DNA from: a bacterium
GTDB lineage: Bacteria > Zhuqueibacterota > Zhuqueibacteria > Residuimicrobiales > Krinioviventaceae
Direction of reading: 5' to 3'
Length of the DNA stretch: 64,000 nucleotides
Assembly: GCA_963674595.2 (NCBI GenBank)
Contig: CAXXFV010000016.1
Location: 608,001 to 672,000 of the forward strand
The notes beneath the pieces were generated by a model. That model was given only the letters and a program-made list of their open reading frames with translations, made no database searches and had not been told where the DNA came from. Shown here in pieces: positions 40,269 to 50,922 of the stretch (position 1 is the first letter of the stretch; each line of letters begins with the position of its first letter). A program made the position numbers and the translations under genes.

Positions 40269-41279
40269 TTATTGTACAGTGTACCACAGATTACCATATC
40301 CGTCAAAAGACATGTCATAAATGTTACTAATCTGAGAACTCGTTTTATTATCTATTATTACATAGGTATCGGTCACGTTCAAATCAGAGTCGTGCCTGCG
40401 TAGAAAAAATTCCGAATTGTCATAGGAATAAATTGTTTTATAATAAGCCAGGGCCCGGAGGCTGGGGAATTCTGTCGGGTAAATAGATTCAATTAACTTT
40501 GAATCAACATTGTGTTTAAAGATTGTACTTTGTGAACAGCTATAAAGATTACCAGTCTGGGCGTGAAAACTCAGGCCATTGACGCTTCTGGACAGTTTTA
40601 ACGTACTGGAAATTGTTCCATCCCAACGGTTAAACAATAACAACGTGTCTGGCTGGGCGATTGCGGCCACACCCTCACGGCAAAACGCCATAGCAGAAAT
40701 ATTTTTTTCGTTTAACTTGTCTTCAAAGTTATTTTCTGTAAACCAGACGTCACTGTTTTGTTTAAAAACATTCAACAAGTCAAAAATTTCCAAATACTCT
40801 TTTCCACTATTATATCGTTTTAAATAACTTCGATTTAGAACCCATGCATATTGCCCGGAGCAGGCCAGGGCCGGTTTAGGACCTGTTGAACTAAACCTGT
40901 CTGCAAAAAACAAGTTTGGGATTTTTATTATAGCGGATGTATCACTGTGTTCTACCTGAAGTTTTTGCTCGCTTAACCAGACATCTTCTCTTTTAACCCG
41001 GAATGTATAATAACCGGGATAAACTGTTTCAAATAAAAACTGTCCGGCACTATCTGTGGAAACTGTTTGTGTTCCAAATGAAACATCATAAAGCATACGG
41101 TATTCTGATAGTTCTATTTCTGTTTCCAGGGCCATTTCAGAGTCATAATCCAATATCTCTCCACTAAAAGTATATTGGGGTATAACCGGGCGTGTTACAT
41201 CATTTTCCTGTTTGTTCCAACAGTTAATAAACAGGGCTAATGTTAATAAAGTTATAAAAATAGGTATTGCTTTTTTCAT
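40269..41279 (-). CDS. Lipoprotein with carboxypeptidase-regulatory-like domain and probable beta-propeller
   Basis: Lipobox LFINC; FSGEILD..TDSAGQF.F..VYPG.Y; lies 15 nt downstream of the TBDR stop. Confidence 0.65.
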   Translation of the reverse strand: MKKAIPIFITLLTLALFINCWNKQENDVTRPVIPQYTFSGEILDYDSEMALETEIELSEYRMLYDVSFGTQTVSTDSAGQFLFETVYPGYYTFRVKREDVWLSEQKLQVEHSDTSAIIKIPNLFFADRFSSTGPKPALACSGQYAWVLNRSYLKRYNSGKEYLEIFDLLNVFKQNSDVWFTENNFEDKLNEKNISAMAFCREGVAAIAQPDTLLLFNRWDGTISSTLKLSRSVNGLSFHAQTGNLYSCSQSTIFKHNVDSKLIESIYPTEFPSLRALAYYKTIYSYDNSEFFLRRHDSDLNVTDTYVIIDNKTSSQISNIYDMSFDGYGNLWYTVQ

Positions 41280-41294
41280 AATATACTCTTTTTA

Positions 41295-43796
41295 TTAAAG
41301 TTGAATGCCAAAACCTGCTCGTAGTCTGAATTTTCCGTCCCATGCGGATGGATCACTGTAAATTCCTCCGGGAATACCATTGTAATCAACCCAGAGAATA
41401 TTGGAGTGATCGAAAACGTTTAAAGCTTCCAGGAAAAAAGAAGCCGGTATGTTTATAATTTTGAAATCTTTATTGACACGAATATCCAGTGTTGTTGATG
41501 ATTCCATTCTGGCATTGTTCGGTGTTGTGCTGATGCCAAGATATTCCGTATAGGGCAGGGGACTGTTCCATTTCCACAGGATATTTATACCCCAGTTATT
41601 GGGTTTGCGCATATCTATATTGGCAACAATAGTATGTCTCTGGTCCCAGCTTAGGTAATAATCGCTGATAGGGACTTTGGTATCGTTGGTCAACCAACTG
41701 AATTTTTCTGTATTTTCAGATCCGGTTCCTTTGGCAATCATGTATGTGTGACTGATTTTCCCTGAAAGAAACTGGGTTACACGTCTTTTAAAATATATTT
41801 CACTTCCCCATATTGAGACGTTTTCCATGTTCACATAACGTGTATAACCGCTACCGCTTAGGGCATCACTTTTTCGGTCCAAAAATGTATTGTTATCAAT
41901 TAAATTTGAAACTTCTTTATTAAAAATTGTTATGTCTAAAAGCGTATGATGAGTCAACTGGTTTTTGTAACTAAGTTCATAGGACAGGGTTTTAGATGGT
42001 TTTAAATCCGGATCTCCAAGCGGTGAAAAACCCTGGGAGAGGTTAATATTAGCATTTGTATATAAATAATCAAACATAGGTGTTTGGAAAAAATATCCAT
42101 AATTAACACGCAGTTCTTGTTTTGTTCCCATGGGCAAAGCAATACCAATTCTTGGGCTCCATTGATGTTTCATTTCAGCTTTGGTTTGTTTTTCATTATT
42201 TATAATCCAGTCTGAACGGTCACCATAAATTTTTTCTTCAACGGCGGGTCGTTGTGCTCTGGGATTCATAAAATCATAACGAAGGCCAATGTTGGCTATC
42301 ATTCCTTCATATTCAATTTTGTCCTGAATATAAGCAGCGCCTCTATATGGATAGTATTGATATTCTGTATCATAGGAAATGTATTGCGGAAAAGCCGGAT
42401 CATAAGTTTTAACTTCGAGACGTTGAACATTTTTTTTGTAAAGATCATAATAAGTAAATTCCATACCGGTTTTAATTTGGTGGTTATTTGTAATTTGTGA
42501 AGTGAGATCAATTTTTCCCATGGTATGGATTTCTTCATGGTCCAGCCACCAGGGATAGTCGCCGGATATAACCCAATCTTTTTTTATAGGATCTTCATAT
42601 TTGACGTTTGCCATATCCAGTGATGATGCCCCATTAATGGATTTTAATACATTATAAACACTGGCACGAACTTCGTAAAATGTTTGCGGATTTATAGTGT
42701 GTACGGCTGTTAAGCTGAACCGATAGCTGTTTTTTGTTCTTTCAGGAAGCCCTGGTATATTTTTTTTCCATTTGTTATCAAATTCCGTCCATTCCCATAA
42801 TGAAAGCAAACCCTGTGTCGTAATTTTGAGCGATTTCCAGGGATGAAACGAGATTTTTGAATTCATATTTATATTTTTACTGGCAGAGTTGTTAAAAATC
42901 ATCAAACGTTGACCAAATTCCTCCCGTTTCCAGCGAGTATTCGGCATGCGGATGTCTGCTGAAAGATAAAATTTAAGCTTTTGTGTTAGCAAGGGGCCAC
43001 CAATATAACATTCTGTTATCCAGTCCGTATTTGCACCATCAGTTGTAAAAGGTGTTTCTCTTCCGGCATAGTGTAATGCTGATACTTCGACCATACTTTC
43101 AAGGTCTTGTCCGCCATCCTGAGTCAGGATGTTGACGACGCCGGACATGGCATTTCCATATTCTGCATTAAAGCCACCGGTTTGCACAGTCATGTCAATA
43201 ATAGAATTCATCGGCAGTTCTGCGCCTATTTTCCCTTCAATTACGTCCTGAATTGGAAACCCATCGACTAAATATAAAACCTCGTTTTGGCGGCCTCCAC
43301 GAATATGGCCGGCTGCAACACCGGGTTGAATGTCGATAATCTCAGTGAATGATTGTACCGGAAGTTGTGAGATTTCCTGTTGACTTATAAAGTGGGCGGT
43401 TGCAGTTACATCTTTTTGGATCATGGGGCGTTCAGCCGTTACTGATACCTGTTCCCCATCCAAAACTTTGAGATCCATCTCAAAATTGTGTGTTGTTCTT
43501 AAATCCATTAAAATATGAACATCATTTAAAATAATAGTTTGATAACCCATCATTTCAACTTTTATACGGTAGCGGCCGGCAGGAATATTGTTTATTAAAA
43601 AAAATCCGTCACCTTCTGCAGCAGCTCCATAGTATGTGTCAATAAGTGTAATATTTGCTCCAGGAAGAGGTTGTTGCGTGTTTTTGTCTGTTATTCGTCC
43701 TGCAAATGTACCCGTAATACCGGCAAATGACACAGCGACTGTTTTAGCATAAATCAGAGCAATAAATAAATACTTTTTCATTATTCGACCCATCAT
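41295..43796 (-). CDS. TonB-dependent receptor
   Basis: GTFAGRITD..QPLPGANI; HIRGGR; GGFNAEYGNAMSGVVNILT; NIGLRYD; SPRIGIA; GDPDLKP; SWDQRHT; C-terminal AGFGIQL. Confidence 0.92.
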   Translation of the reverse strand: MMGRIMKKYLFIALIYAKTVAVSFAGITGTFAGRITDKNTQQPLPGANITLIDTYYGAAAEGDGFFLINNIPAGRYRIKVEMMGYQTIILNDVHILMDLRTTHNFEMDLKVLDGEQVSVTAERPMIQKDVTATAHFISQQEISQLPVQSFTEIIDIQPGVAAGHIRGGRQNEVLYLVDGFPIQDVIEGKIGAELPMNSIIDMTVQTGGFNAEYGNAMSGVVNILTQDGGQDLESMVEVSALHYAGRETPFTTDGANTDWITECYIGGPLLTQKLKFYLSADIRMPNTRWKREEFGQRLMIFNNSASKNINMNSKISFHPWKSLKITTQGLLSLWEWTEFDNKWKKNIPGLPERTKNSYRFSLTAVHTINPQTFYEVRASVYNVLKSINGASSLDMANVKYEDPIKKDWVISGDYPWWLDHEEIHTMGKIDLTSQITNNHQIKTGMEFTYYDLYKKNVQRLEVKTYDPAFPQYISYDTEYQYYPYRGAAYIQDKIEYEGMIANIGLRYDFMNPRAQRPAVEEKIYGDRSDWIINNEKQTKAEMKHQWSPRIGIALPMGTKQELRVNYGYFFQTPMFDYLYTNANINLSQGFSPLGDPDLKPSKTLSYELSYKNQLTHHTLLDITIFNKEVSNLIDNNTFLDRKSDALSGSGYTRYVNMENVSIWGSEIYFKRRVTQFLSGKISHTYMIAKGTGSENTEKFSWLTNDTKVPISDYYLSWDQRHTIVANIDMRKPNNWGINILWKWNSPLPYTEYLGISTTPNNARMESSTTLDIRVNKDFKIINIPASFFLEALNVFDHSNILWVDYNGIPGGIYSDPSAWDGKFRLRAGFGIQL

Positions 43797-43934
43797 TTTC
43801 AGTGTCTGGTTAACAAAATAAAATAGGCTTTATTTTAAATAAAAATAATAGATGATAAAATCAACAAAAAAAATGAATAGATAGTTATTTTTTTTGGTTC
43901 TATTGTATAATTAGAAAATGAACTGAAAATCACT

Positions 43935-43962
43935 TTGATTCTTGGATATTAGATTGTATATT
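43935..43962 (+). promoter_or_regulatory. Putative promoter of the protease operon
   Basis: TTGATT-16 bp-TATATT, 50 nt before the M6 start. Confidence 0.45.
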
Positions 43963-44012
43963 GTTAACATTTAACAAGATATATCAAGACGATGTAAAGG
44001 AACAAGCTCAAA

Positions 44013-46820
44013 ATGAAAAAAGCGATATTGATTACAGTGCTGATTGTTTTTTCCCGCTCACTGTTCGCCATTGTGCCCCCATTTAAAAAAGATATTAAAT
44101 TACCTGAGGAAATGCGCAATAATCTTAAAGATAATCCTGCTTTTTATATGCCTCAAAAGGGTTTTATTAAAACTATACAGAATTTTCGTGCCTCAAAATC
44201 AACTAGTTTAAGAAAAACGAATGCTGCGCAAAGCAATTCATTAAGTCTTGCGATACCTGTATTATGTGCTCAATATTCTGATGTAACAGCGGAATGGCCG
44301 GAAACGGACCTTCAGGCAGAGCTTTTTGGAAACTGGCCGACCGGCTCGATGGCTGATTATTATGATGATGTTTCTTATGGGCAGTTTCAATTGACAGGCC
44401 AGGTTTATGGATGGTATCAGGTTTCCGGTACGTCGCAATACTATGAAAGAGACAACGGCAATACCGGCGAGTTGTTAAAAGAGTTGTTTGAGCTTTCCGA
44501 TGAATCTGTTGACTATACACAATATGACAATGACGGACCGGATGGTGTACCCAATTCGGGCGATGATGACGGTTTTGTTGATGTGATTGCCATTGTGCAT
44601 TCCGGTGAAGGTGGTGAACGAGGCGGCCCCGGTATTTGGTCGCACAGTTGGAGTTATCAATATTATTATTTTAGTCCTTTTGTAACAAATGATGTTGGAA
44701 TTAACGGAAACAAAATAAAAATTAATGATTATATTATTCAACCTGCTGTCGAAGAAGGTGATATGGTCAAAATTGGCGTTTTTTGCCATGAATTCGGCCA
44801 TGCTTTAGGTCTACCTGATTTGTATGATCGTGATGATGAAGGTGAGACTTCGGAAGGGGTTGGAAATTGGTGTTTAATGGCCGGCGGCAGTTATGGTGGA
44901 GATGGTAATTCTCCCGAATATCCTGCTCACATGAGTGCGTGGTGTAAAGAGGCCCTGGGTTGGATAACCCCTGTTGTTCCTGATGAAAATTTATCAAATC
45001 AGGCGCTCCCGGCTGTTGAAGATTCTTCTGTGTTTTTTAAGCTATGGACACATGGAGACATTACACCTTATATTTTTAATAGTGGCCTTGATTTAAGCAT
45101 AAATCTCGGAAGAGAATATTTTCTTGTTGAAAATCGTCAGAAAAAAGGATTTGATCGCAATTTAGAAGGTGAAGGTCTGTTAATCTGGCATATTGATAAT
45201 TCGGTAAGAGGTTGGAATGATGATGAAAACCATAAACTTGTCGACCTGGAAGCTGCAGACGGACGGGTAGATTTGGATTTTGAAAGAAATGACGGAGATA
45301 CCGGCGATCCTTTTCCAGGGATTACGGACAATCGAAATTTTAACCGTACATCAAGACCCAACAGTTTGTCCTATAATCTGGCAAACTCAAAAGTAGCTGT
45401 AGAAAATATTAGTGATTCCGGGGATATAATGTTTGCCGATTTGTCTGTTGTTGCAGATGATATTGACTTTTTATCCTATAATCTGGATGATTTTGAAGGT
45501 GACGGCAATGGGTTTTTGGATCCTGGTGAATCGGCCCGCTTGTATGTTGATCTGAAAAATTATGGTCAAAATGTAACTTCAGTGACGGCTGTTTTAACCA
45601 CAGATGATCCGGATATACAAATTACAGATTCTGTCGCTGTTTATTCCGGTATTGAAGAAGATGGTAGCGGAGTAAATGATTTGGATGCTTTTGCATTAAA
45701 TGCTTCAGCAAATGCGTCTCGTCATCCCATAAATTGCAAATTGAAAATTAACTCTGATCGTGATTATTATACAGAAATTGATCTAGTTGTTATGATGGAG
45801 AATATATTTATTCTTCTTGTTGACGACAGTTATGGTGAAAAGACCGAAAGTGGTGTGAGTATCATGCAATATTATACAGATGCTTTAGACCAATTAGGAA
45901 TTGATTATTATGATACACACCAGATTACGATTCAGGGTACTCCGGATAGCACTTTGTTAAAAAAATACGGCACGGTTATTTGGTTTACCGGTTCGCAGCG
46001 TAATACGTTATCAGCGACTGAGCAGCGGTATCTCATCAGCTATCTTGAAAATGGAGGTAATTTTTTTATTTCAGGTCAAAATATTGGTTCTGACCTTGTG
46101 CTGACAGGAAATATAAGTGATAACGTATTTTATGAAAAATATTTGCATGCCAAACTTTTACAGGATAATGCATCTTCAGACCCGCAAATTATGCTTACGG
46201 GAATTATTGATGATCCGATAACGGATGGTTTTCGTCCTTACTTTTTTATTACAGAAGGAAATGGGGCTGATAATCAAACTTCTCCGGATATTATTGAACC
46301 CATTAACGGGGCCACCTCACTTTTTAACTATTTTGGAACAGGTTTAATGGGGAAAAATGCTGCTATAAAGTATCAGGGTGATTATCAATTGGTTTATCTT
46401 GCCTTTAGTTTTGAAGCTATAAATGAATTTGGATCAAGTGTAATTAGCAGAACTGAACTGGTAGATAATGTTTTGACCTGGTTTAATACCGAGAATCAAG
46501 TGTCCGGTGTGTCAACCTTTGGTAGTGATGATCTGGTTGCAACTCATTATGAACTCTGGCAAAATTTCCCAAATCCATTCAATCCGGAAACGGTCATACG
46601 TTTTCAATTGCCAAAAAGTTCTCATGTTTCCCTGAAAGTTTATGATGTGCTGGGGCGTGAAATTAAAACTTTGATAAATAAATTAATGAACAACGGGATC
46701 CAGGATGTTGTTTGGAACGGTACTGATAACTTTAATCGACACGTTTCTTCAGGAGTTTATTTATACCGAATAGAAACAGATGATTTTACTGATATGAAAA
46801 AAATGATCCTTATTAGATAA
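44013..46820 (+). CDS. M6-family metalloprotease with T9SS-type CTD (paralog of 33069-35864)
   Basis: GSMADYY..VSYG; YDNDGPDG..DGFVD; GVFCHEFGHALGLPDLYD; WCLMAGGS; LWQNFPNPFNP..KKMILIR. Confidence 0.92.
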   Translation: MKKAILITVLIVFSRSLFAIVPPFKKDIKLPEEMRNNLKDNPAFYMPQKGFIKTIQNFRASKSTSLRKTNAAQSNSLSLAIPVLCAQYSDVTAEWPETDLQAELFGNWPTGSMADYYDDVSYGQFQLTGQVYGWYQVSGTSQYYERDNGNTGELLKELFELSDESVDYTQYDNDGPDGVPNSGDDDGFVDVIAIVHSGEGGERGGPGIWSHSWSYQYYYFSPFVTNDVGINGNKIKINDYIIQPAVEEGDMVKIGVFCHEFGHALGLPDLYDRDDEGETSEGVGNWCLMAGGSYGGDGNSPEYPAHMSAWCKEALGWITPVVPDENLSNQALPAVEDSSVFFKLWTHGDITPYIFNSGLDLSINLGREYFLVENRQKKGFDRNLEGEGLLIWHIDNSVRGWNDDENHKLVDLEAADGRVDLDFERNDGDTGDPFPGITDNRNFNRTSRPNSLSYNLANSKVAVENISDSGDIMFADLSVVADDIDFLSYNLDDFEGDGNGFLDPGESARLYVDLKNYGQNVTSVTAVLTTDDPDIQITDSVAVYSGIEEDGSGVNDLDAFALNASANASRHPINCKLKINSDRDYYTEIDLVVMMENIFILLVDDSYGEKTESGVSIMQYYTDALDQLGIDYYDTHQITIQGTPDSTLLKKYGTVIWFTGSQRNTLSATEQRYLISYLENGGNFFISGQNIGSDLVLTGNISDNVFYEKYLHAKLLQDNASSDPQIMLTGIIDDPITDGFRPYFFITEGNGADNQTSPDIIEPINGATSLFNYFGTGLMGKNAAIKYQGDYQLVYLAFSFEAINEFGSSVISRTELVDNVLTWFNTENQVSGVSTFGSDDLVATHYELWQNFPNPFNPETVIRFQLPKSSHVSLKVYDVLGREIKTLINKLMNNGIQDVVWNGTDNFNRHVSSGVYLYRIETDDFTDMKKMILIR

Positions 46821-46848
46821 CATTAAAACAACAAAAACCATTAATAAT

Positions 46849-49800
46849 GTGGGAGAAAACCCTATGCAGAAAATGTTTTATTTTCGGATGACTTTAACTA
46901 TTTTGTTGTTAACAGTTTCCTTCTCTTTTGGAAAAGTAAAAAACAAGTTTGAAAATCAACCTGATTACACTGACCAAAATGTAACCAGAATTCCTGCAGA
47001 TAAGGTTGAAATTGTTCCGGGAAAGATCGTTGTAAAGTTTAAAACACAGCCGCCTGCCTATGCAAAGCAAAATTCCGGAAAACCTTCTGTTGGCTTTCCT
47101 ACAGTTGACGCTATTGCCAACAAGTTTAATATAAAAACAGTGAAAAAGATTTTTCCTGAAAAAACACAAACTGTTGCCGGCAAGGTTGATCTGTCACGAT
47201 TTTATAAATTTAAGTTTGATCAATCAGCCGATGTTTATCAAATCATCCAAGAATTACAATCTGATCCAATGGTTGAATATGCCGAACCACAATATGTTAG
47301 CTATGCATATTTTACACCAAATGATGCCCGTTATGATGAACAGCTTCATTTGTTACAGATTAAAGCTGATTCTGCATGGGACATACACCAGGGTAGTAAA
47401 GATGTTATCATCGGTGTTGTAGATACAGGCGTTGATTATTTACATGAAGACCTGGCTGCAAATATTTGGGTAAATCCGGGTGAGGACCTGAACGGAAACG
47501 GTGTTGTCGATGAATCGGACATGAACGGCATTGACGACGATGGAAATGGAAAAGTTGATGACATTCGCGGTTGGGATTTTGTAGATCTTGAAAATACTGC
47601 TGATGTTGCCGCTGGAGAAGATGCCCTTGATGAAGATAATGATCCAATGGATTTTGACGGTCATGGCACCCATGTTTCCGGAACAGCGGCAGCCGTTACA
47701 AATAACGGAATTGGTGTTGCCGGGGTTGCTTATCAATTAACAATCATGCCGTTGCGTGTCGGTTATCATACAACAGATGACAATGCGCTTATGGATGATC
47801 CTTATAGGGCAATTGTGTATGCAGCAGATAATGGTGCGAATGTTGTCAATTTGTCATGGGGTGGAGGCGGGTATTCCAGCTATGCACAAGAAATTATAAA
47901 TTATGCCTACGAAAAGGGTGTTGTCATCATTGGGTCAGCCGGAAATGACGGTAATTACACTGTGCATTATCCATCTGCTTATGATAATGTCGTGTCCGTT
48001 GCTGCAACGCTTCATGATATTGATCTTAAAGCTGGTTACTCTACGTATCATGAATCTGTTGATATTTCTGCACCAGGTTCTTTTATTTTAGCAACCACTC
48101 CAGGCAATAATTATGAATACAAAAGCGGTACATCCATGGCTGCACCTGTTGTTTCCGGTGTTGCCGGATTGGTCAAGTCGGCTCACATGGATTGGGATAA
48201 TGATCGTATTATCCGTCAGTTAATCGAAACGACTGATGATATTTATGACAGAAATCCTGATTATCGCGGATATTTGGGTTCCGGACGTGTTAACGCCTAT
48301 CGTGCCTTAACAGAGACGCCTTCTTCCGTGCGAGTTTTCGACTGGGATTTTGATGATTCCATTACCGGAGATAATAACGGCAGAGTTGATAATGGCGAAA
48401 CAATCGCTTTTTCAATCTCGGTTAAAAGTTATTTGGACAATGTAACGAATGTCACAGCAACATTGTCAACCGAAGATGAATACATAACACTTATAAATGA
48501 TAGTTTTGATTTTGGTAATATTAACCAGTCTGAAGGTGCCTCTAATGATGCTAATCCGTTTATGTTTTCTACTGATCCGGAGACGCCTCTTGGGCATCGT
48601 GTTTCATTTCGAATTGATATTTCTGCAAACGATGGTTCCTATAACAGTTTTAAATATATAAATACCTATGTTCGGCCTTTATTTGCAGACCATGATATTA
48701 ATAATGTTCGGTTCACAGTAACCAGTTTTGGTATTTTCGGTTTCAACGATTATGCTAACTCGGGTCAGTATTTGGGAAATGGTTTTCAATACCCAATTGG
48801 AACGACAAGCACACTTTATCATGGAAGTTTATGGGTCGGGACTTCAGCCAATCAGGTTTCCGACTGTTCTGAAAATTATGCCGATGGTGAGCGTTATGAT
48901 TTTGTTACCAGCGAAGGCGGCAGTATTTTATTTGATAATAAAATTTCCGACCAGGATGGATATGCCAGGTTTAATGATTCCAGTGCTTTAAATCCTATTG
49001 GGCTTGAAATAACACAAAAAAGTTATGCGTGGGTATCTGTGCCTGACAGCGATTATGTTGTTGTGGAATATACATTACACAATACAACTGACCAACAAAT
49101 TGAAGATATTTATACCGGACTATTTATAGACTGGGACATTGATAGTGAACCTGAAAATTTGAATGATGTTGGCTGGGACGCTGAAAATAATTTGGGTTAT
49201 ATGTATGGCGATAGTACAAAATACTATGGAATTGCCATGCTTTACCCGGCAGCAACAGGATATACCGGTCTGGACCATAATGACGGATTGAATGATGCTC
49301 GTAAATTTGAGTTGATGAGTAATGGTTTCGGTATGACGGCAACCCCGTTCCAGGATGACTGGTCTCATGTTGTGTCTACCGGTCCGGTTACTTTGGCCCC
49401 GGGTGAAAGAACTGTTGTAACCTTTGCCGTGCTGGGTGGTGATGATTTAGGCGATATTAAACAAAACAGCGCTGCCGCTGCTGTCAAATATGCCCCAATG
49501 GCTCCGGCGAATATCGATATTGACCACACTCCACTAGTTGACACTGAAGATAATGCCAATCCATATACTGTTCAGGTCCAGTTAGCAGCTAATGAAAACG
49601 CGATTGATCCCGGCAGTGTTTCTTTGTTTTGGAAAACGGACGGTGCTGCTGCATTTAACCAGGTGCAAATGACAACAACTGATGACATTAATTTTTCCGG
49701 TGATATTCCGGCCCAAAATGAAACCGAAGTTTCTTACTATGTTCAGGCCCAGTCGGTTAGCGGACTGTACAGTAAACTCCCCTTTGAAGCCCCGGCAGAA

Positions 49801-50922
49801 GTTTTTAGCTTTTACGTCGGGCTTGATAACAAAGCACCGGTTATTTCTGATATAACGAAATTGGACAATACATTAAATCTGAGCGGACCTTTTACCGTTT
49901 CCGCAACCGTTGTTGATAATATGGGATTAAAGGAAAACGGCGTTTATTTATTTTATCAGGTAAATGCCGGTGCTGCCGATAGTACTCTCATGGCTTATGA
50001 TAACGGCACAAAACAATTTTCAGCAGATATATCATTTGAAACTGTTCTTTCTCCAAATGATTCAATATCCTATTATATAAGCGCTTTGGACAAGGCGGCA
50101 CAGCCGAATAAAACAGTATCTGAAGTTAAATCGTTCAAAGTTGTCAACACTTTGGCGGTAGATGGTTTTGAAGGTGATTTAGATCAATGGGACCTGGGCA
50201 GCGGATGGGCTGTTTATTTTTATGCAAACACCGGCGCCTTTTCCATAACGGATAGTCCTGACGGATATTACTCACCGAACAGCGAAAATACATTAACATT
50301 ATTAAATCCTTTTAACCTGGCAACGCGTGAAACTGCTTTACTTTCATTTTATTATATCCACTCATTAAACGCCGGTGACAGTTGTTTTGTGGAAGCGAGT
50401 AAAGATGGATTGACATGGGATATAATCGGTGCATATACCGGTGAGTCGGGATATACATATCAGCAGGCACAGTTAAGTCTCAATGACTTTTGCGGGGCCG
50501 GTGCTGAGCAGGTACAAATTCGATTCAGGTTGGTTGCCGATGAGGACAACAATGTCGCTGACGGCTTTTATATTGATGATATTGAAGTTTTGGCTGATCC
50601 TGGAAATGCTGTTGAAAATAATCATACAGAAAACAGCTTGCCGACTGTTTATAAATTGGGACAAAATTATCCCAATCCTTTTAATCCTTCAACAACTATC
50701 AATTATGAGTTGCCAAAAGCAGGCCATGTGAATATAGAAATATTCAGTATTTTGGGTGAACGAATCAATGTTTTGGTTGATAAGCACCATAACGCCGGAC
50801 GTTACCAGCAAGTTTGGAACGGACGCAACAGCCGTGGTGTTCCTGTTTCAACCGGTGTTTATTTTTATCGCATAAAATCTAATTCGTTTACAGACGTTAA
50901 AAAGATGATCCTTCTCAAGTGA
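46849..50922 (+). CDS. S8 subtilisin-like serine protease, multidomain, with T9SS-type CTD
   Basis: Catalytic triad motifs VVDTG, GHGTHVSG and SGTSMAAP; propeptide VEYAEP; LGQNYPNPFNP..KKMILLK. Confidence 0.93.
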   Translation: MGENPMQKMFYFRMTLTILLLTVSFSFGKVKNKFENQPDYTDQNVTRIPADKVEIVPGKIVVKFKTQPPAYAKQNSGKPSVGFPTVDAIANKFNIKTVKKIFPEKTQTVAGKVDLSRFYKFKFDQSADVYQIIQELQSDPMVEYAEPQYVSYAYFTPNDARYDEQLHLLQIKADSAWDIHQGSKDVIIGVVDTGVDYLHEDLAANIWVNPGEDLNGNGVVDESDMNGIDDDGNGKVDDIRGWDFVDLENTADVAAGEDALDEDNDPMDFDGHGTHVSGTAAAVTNNGIGVAGVAYQLTIMPLRVGYHTTDDNALMDDPYRAIVYAADNGANVVNLSWGGGGYSSYAQEIINYAYEKGVVIIGSAGNDGNYTVHYPSAYDNVVSVAATLHDIDLKAGYSTYHESVDISAPGSFILATTPGNNYEYKSGTSMAAPVVSGVAGLVKSAHMDWDNDRIIRQLIETTDDIYDRNPDYRGYLGSGRVNAYRALTETPSSVRVFDWDFDDSITGDNNGRVDNGETIAFSISVKSYLDNVTNVTATLSTEDEYITLINDSFDFGNINQSEGASNDANPFMFSTDPETPLGHRVSFRIDISANDGSYNSFKYINTYVRPLFADHDINNVRFTVTSFGIFGFNDYANSGQYLGNGFQYPIGTTSTLYHGSLWVGTSANQVSDCSENYADGERYDFVTSEGGSILFDNKISDQDGYARFNDSSALNPIGLEITQKSYAWVSVPDSDYVVVEYTLHNTTDQQIEDIYTGLFIDWDIDSEPENLNDVGWDAENNLGYMYGDSTKYYGIAMLYPAATGYTGLDHNDGLNDARKFELMSNGFGMTATPFQDDWSHVVSTGPVTLAPGERTVVTFAVLGGDDLGDIKQNSAAAAVKYAPMAPANIDIDHTPLVDTEDNANPYTVQVQLAANENAIDPGSVSLFWKTDGAAAFNQVQMTTTDDINFSGDIPAQNETEVSYYVQAQSVSGLYSKLPFEAPAEVFSFYVGLDNKAPVISDITKLDNTLNLSGPFTVSATVVDNMGLKENGVYLFYQVNAGAADSTLMAYDNGTKQFSADISFETVLSPNDSISYYISALDKAAQPNKTVSEVKSFKVVNTLAVDGFEGDLDQWDLGSGWAVYFYANTGAFSITDSPDGYYSPNSENTLTLLNPFNLATRETALLSFYYIHSLNAGDSCFVEASKDGLTWDIIGAYTGESGYTYQQAQLSLNDFCGAGAEQVQIRFRLVADEDNNVADGFYIDDIEVLADPGNAVENNHTENSLPTVYKLGQNYPNPFNPSTTINYELPKAGHVNIEIFSILGERINVLVDKHHNAGRYQQVWNGRNSRGVPVSTGVYFYRIKSNSFTDVKKMILLK

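Noticed and set aside
40176-40361. Template/variable repeat pair of a diversity-generating retroelement
   Set aside because: Mismatches are not confined to adenines of either copy (many are C/T third-position changes), and no reverse transcriptase is present in the window.
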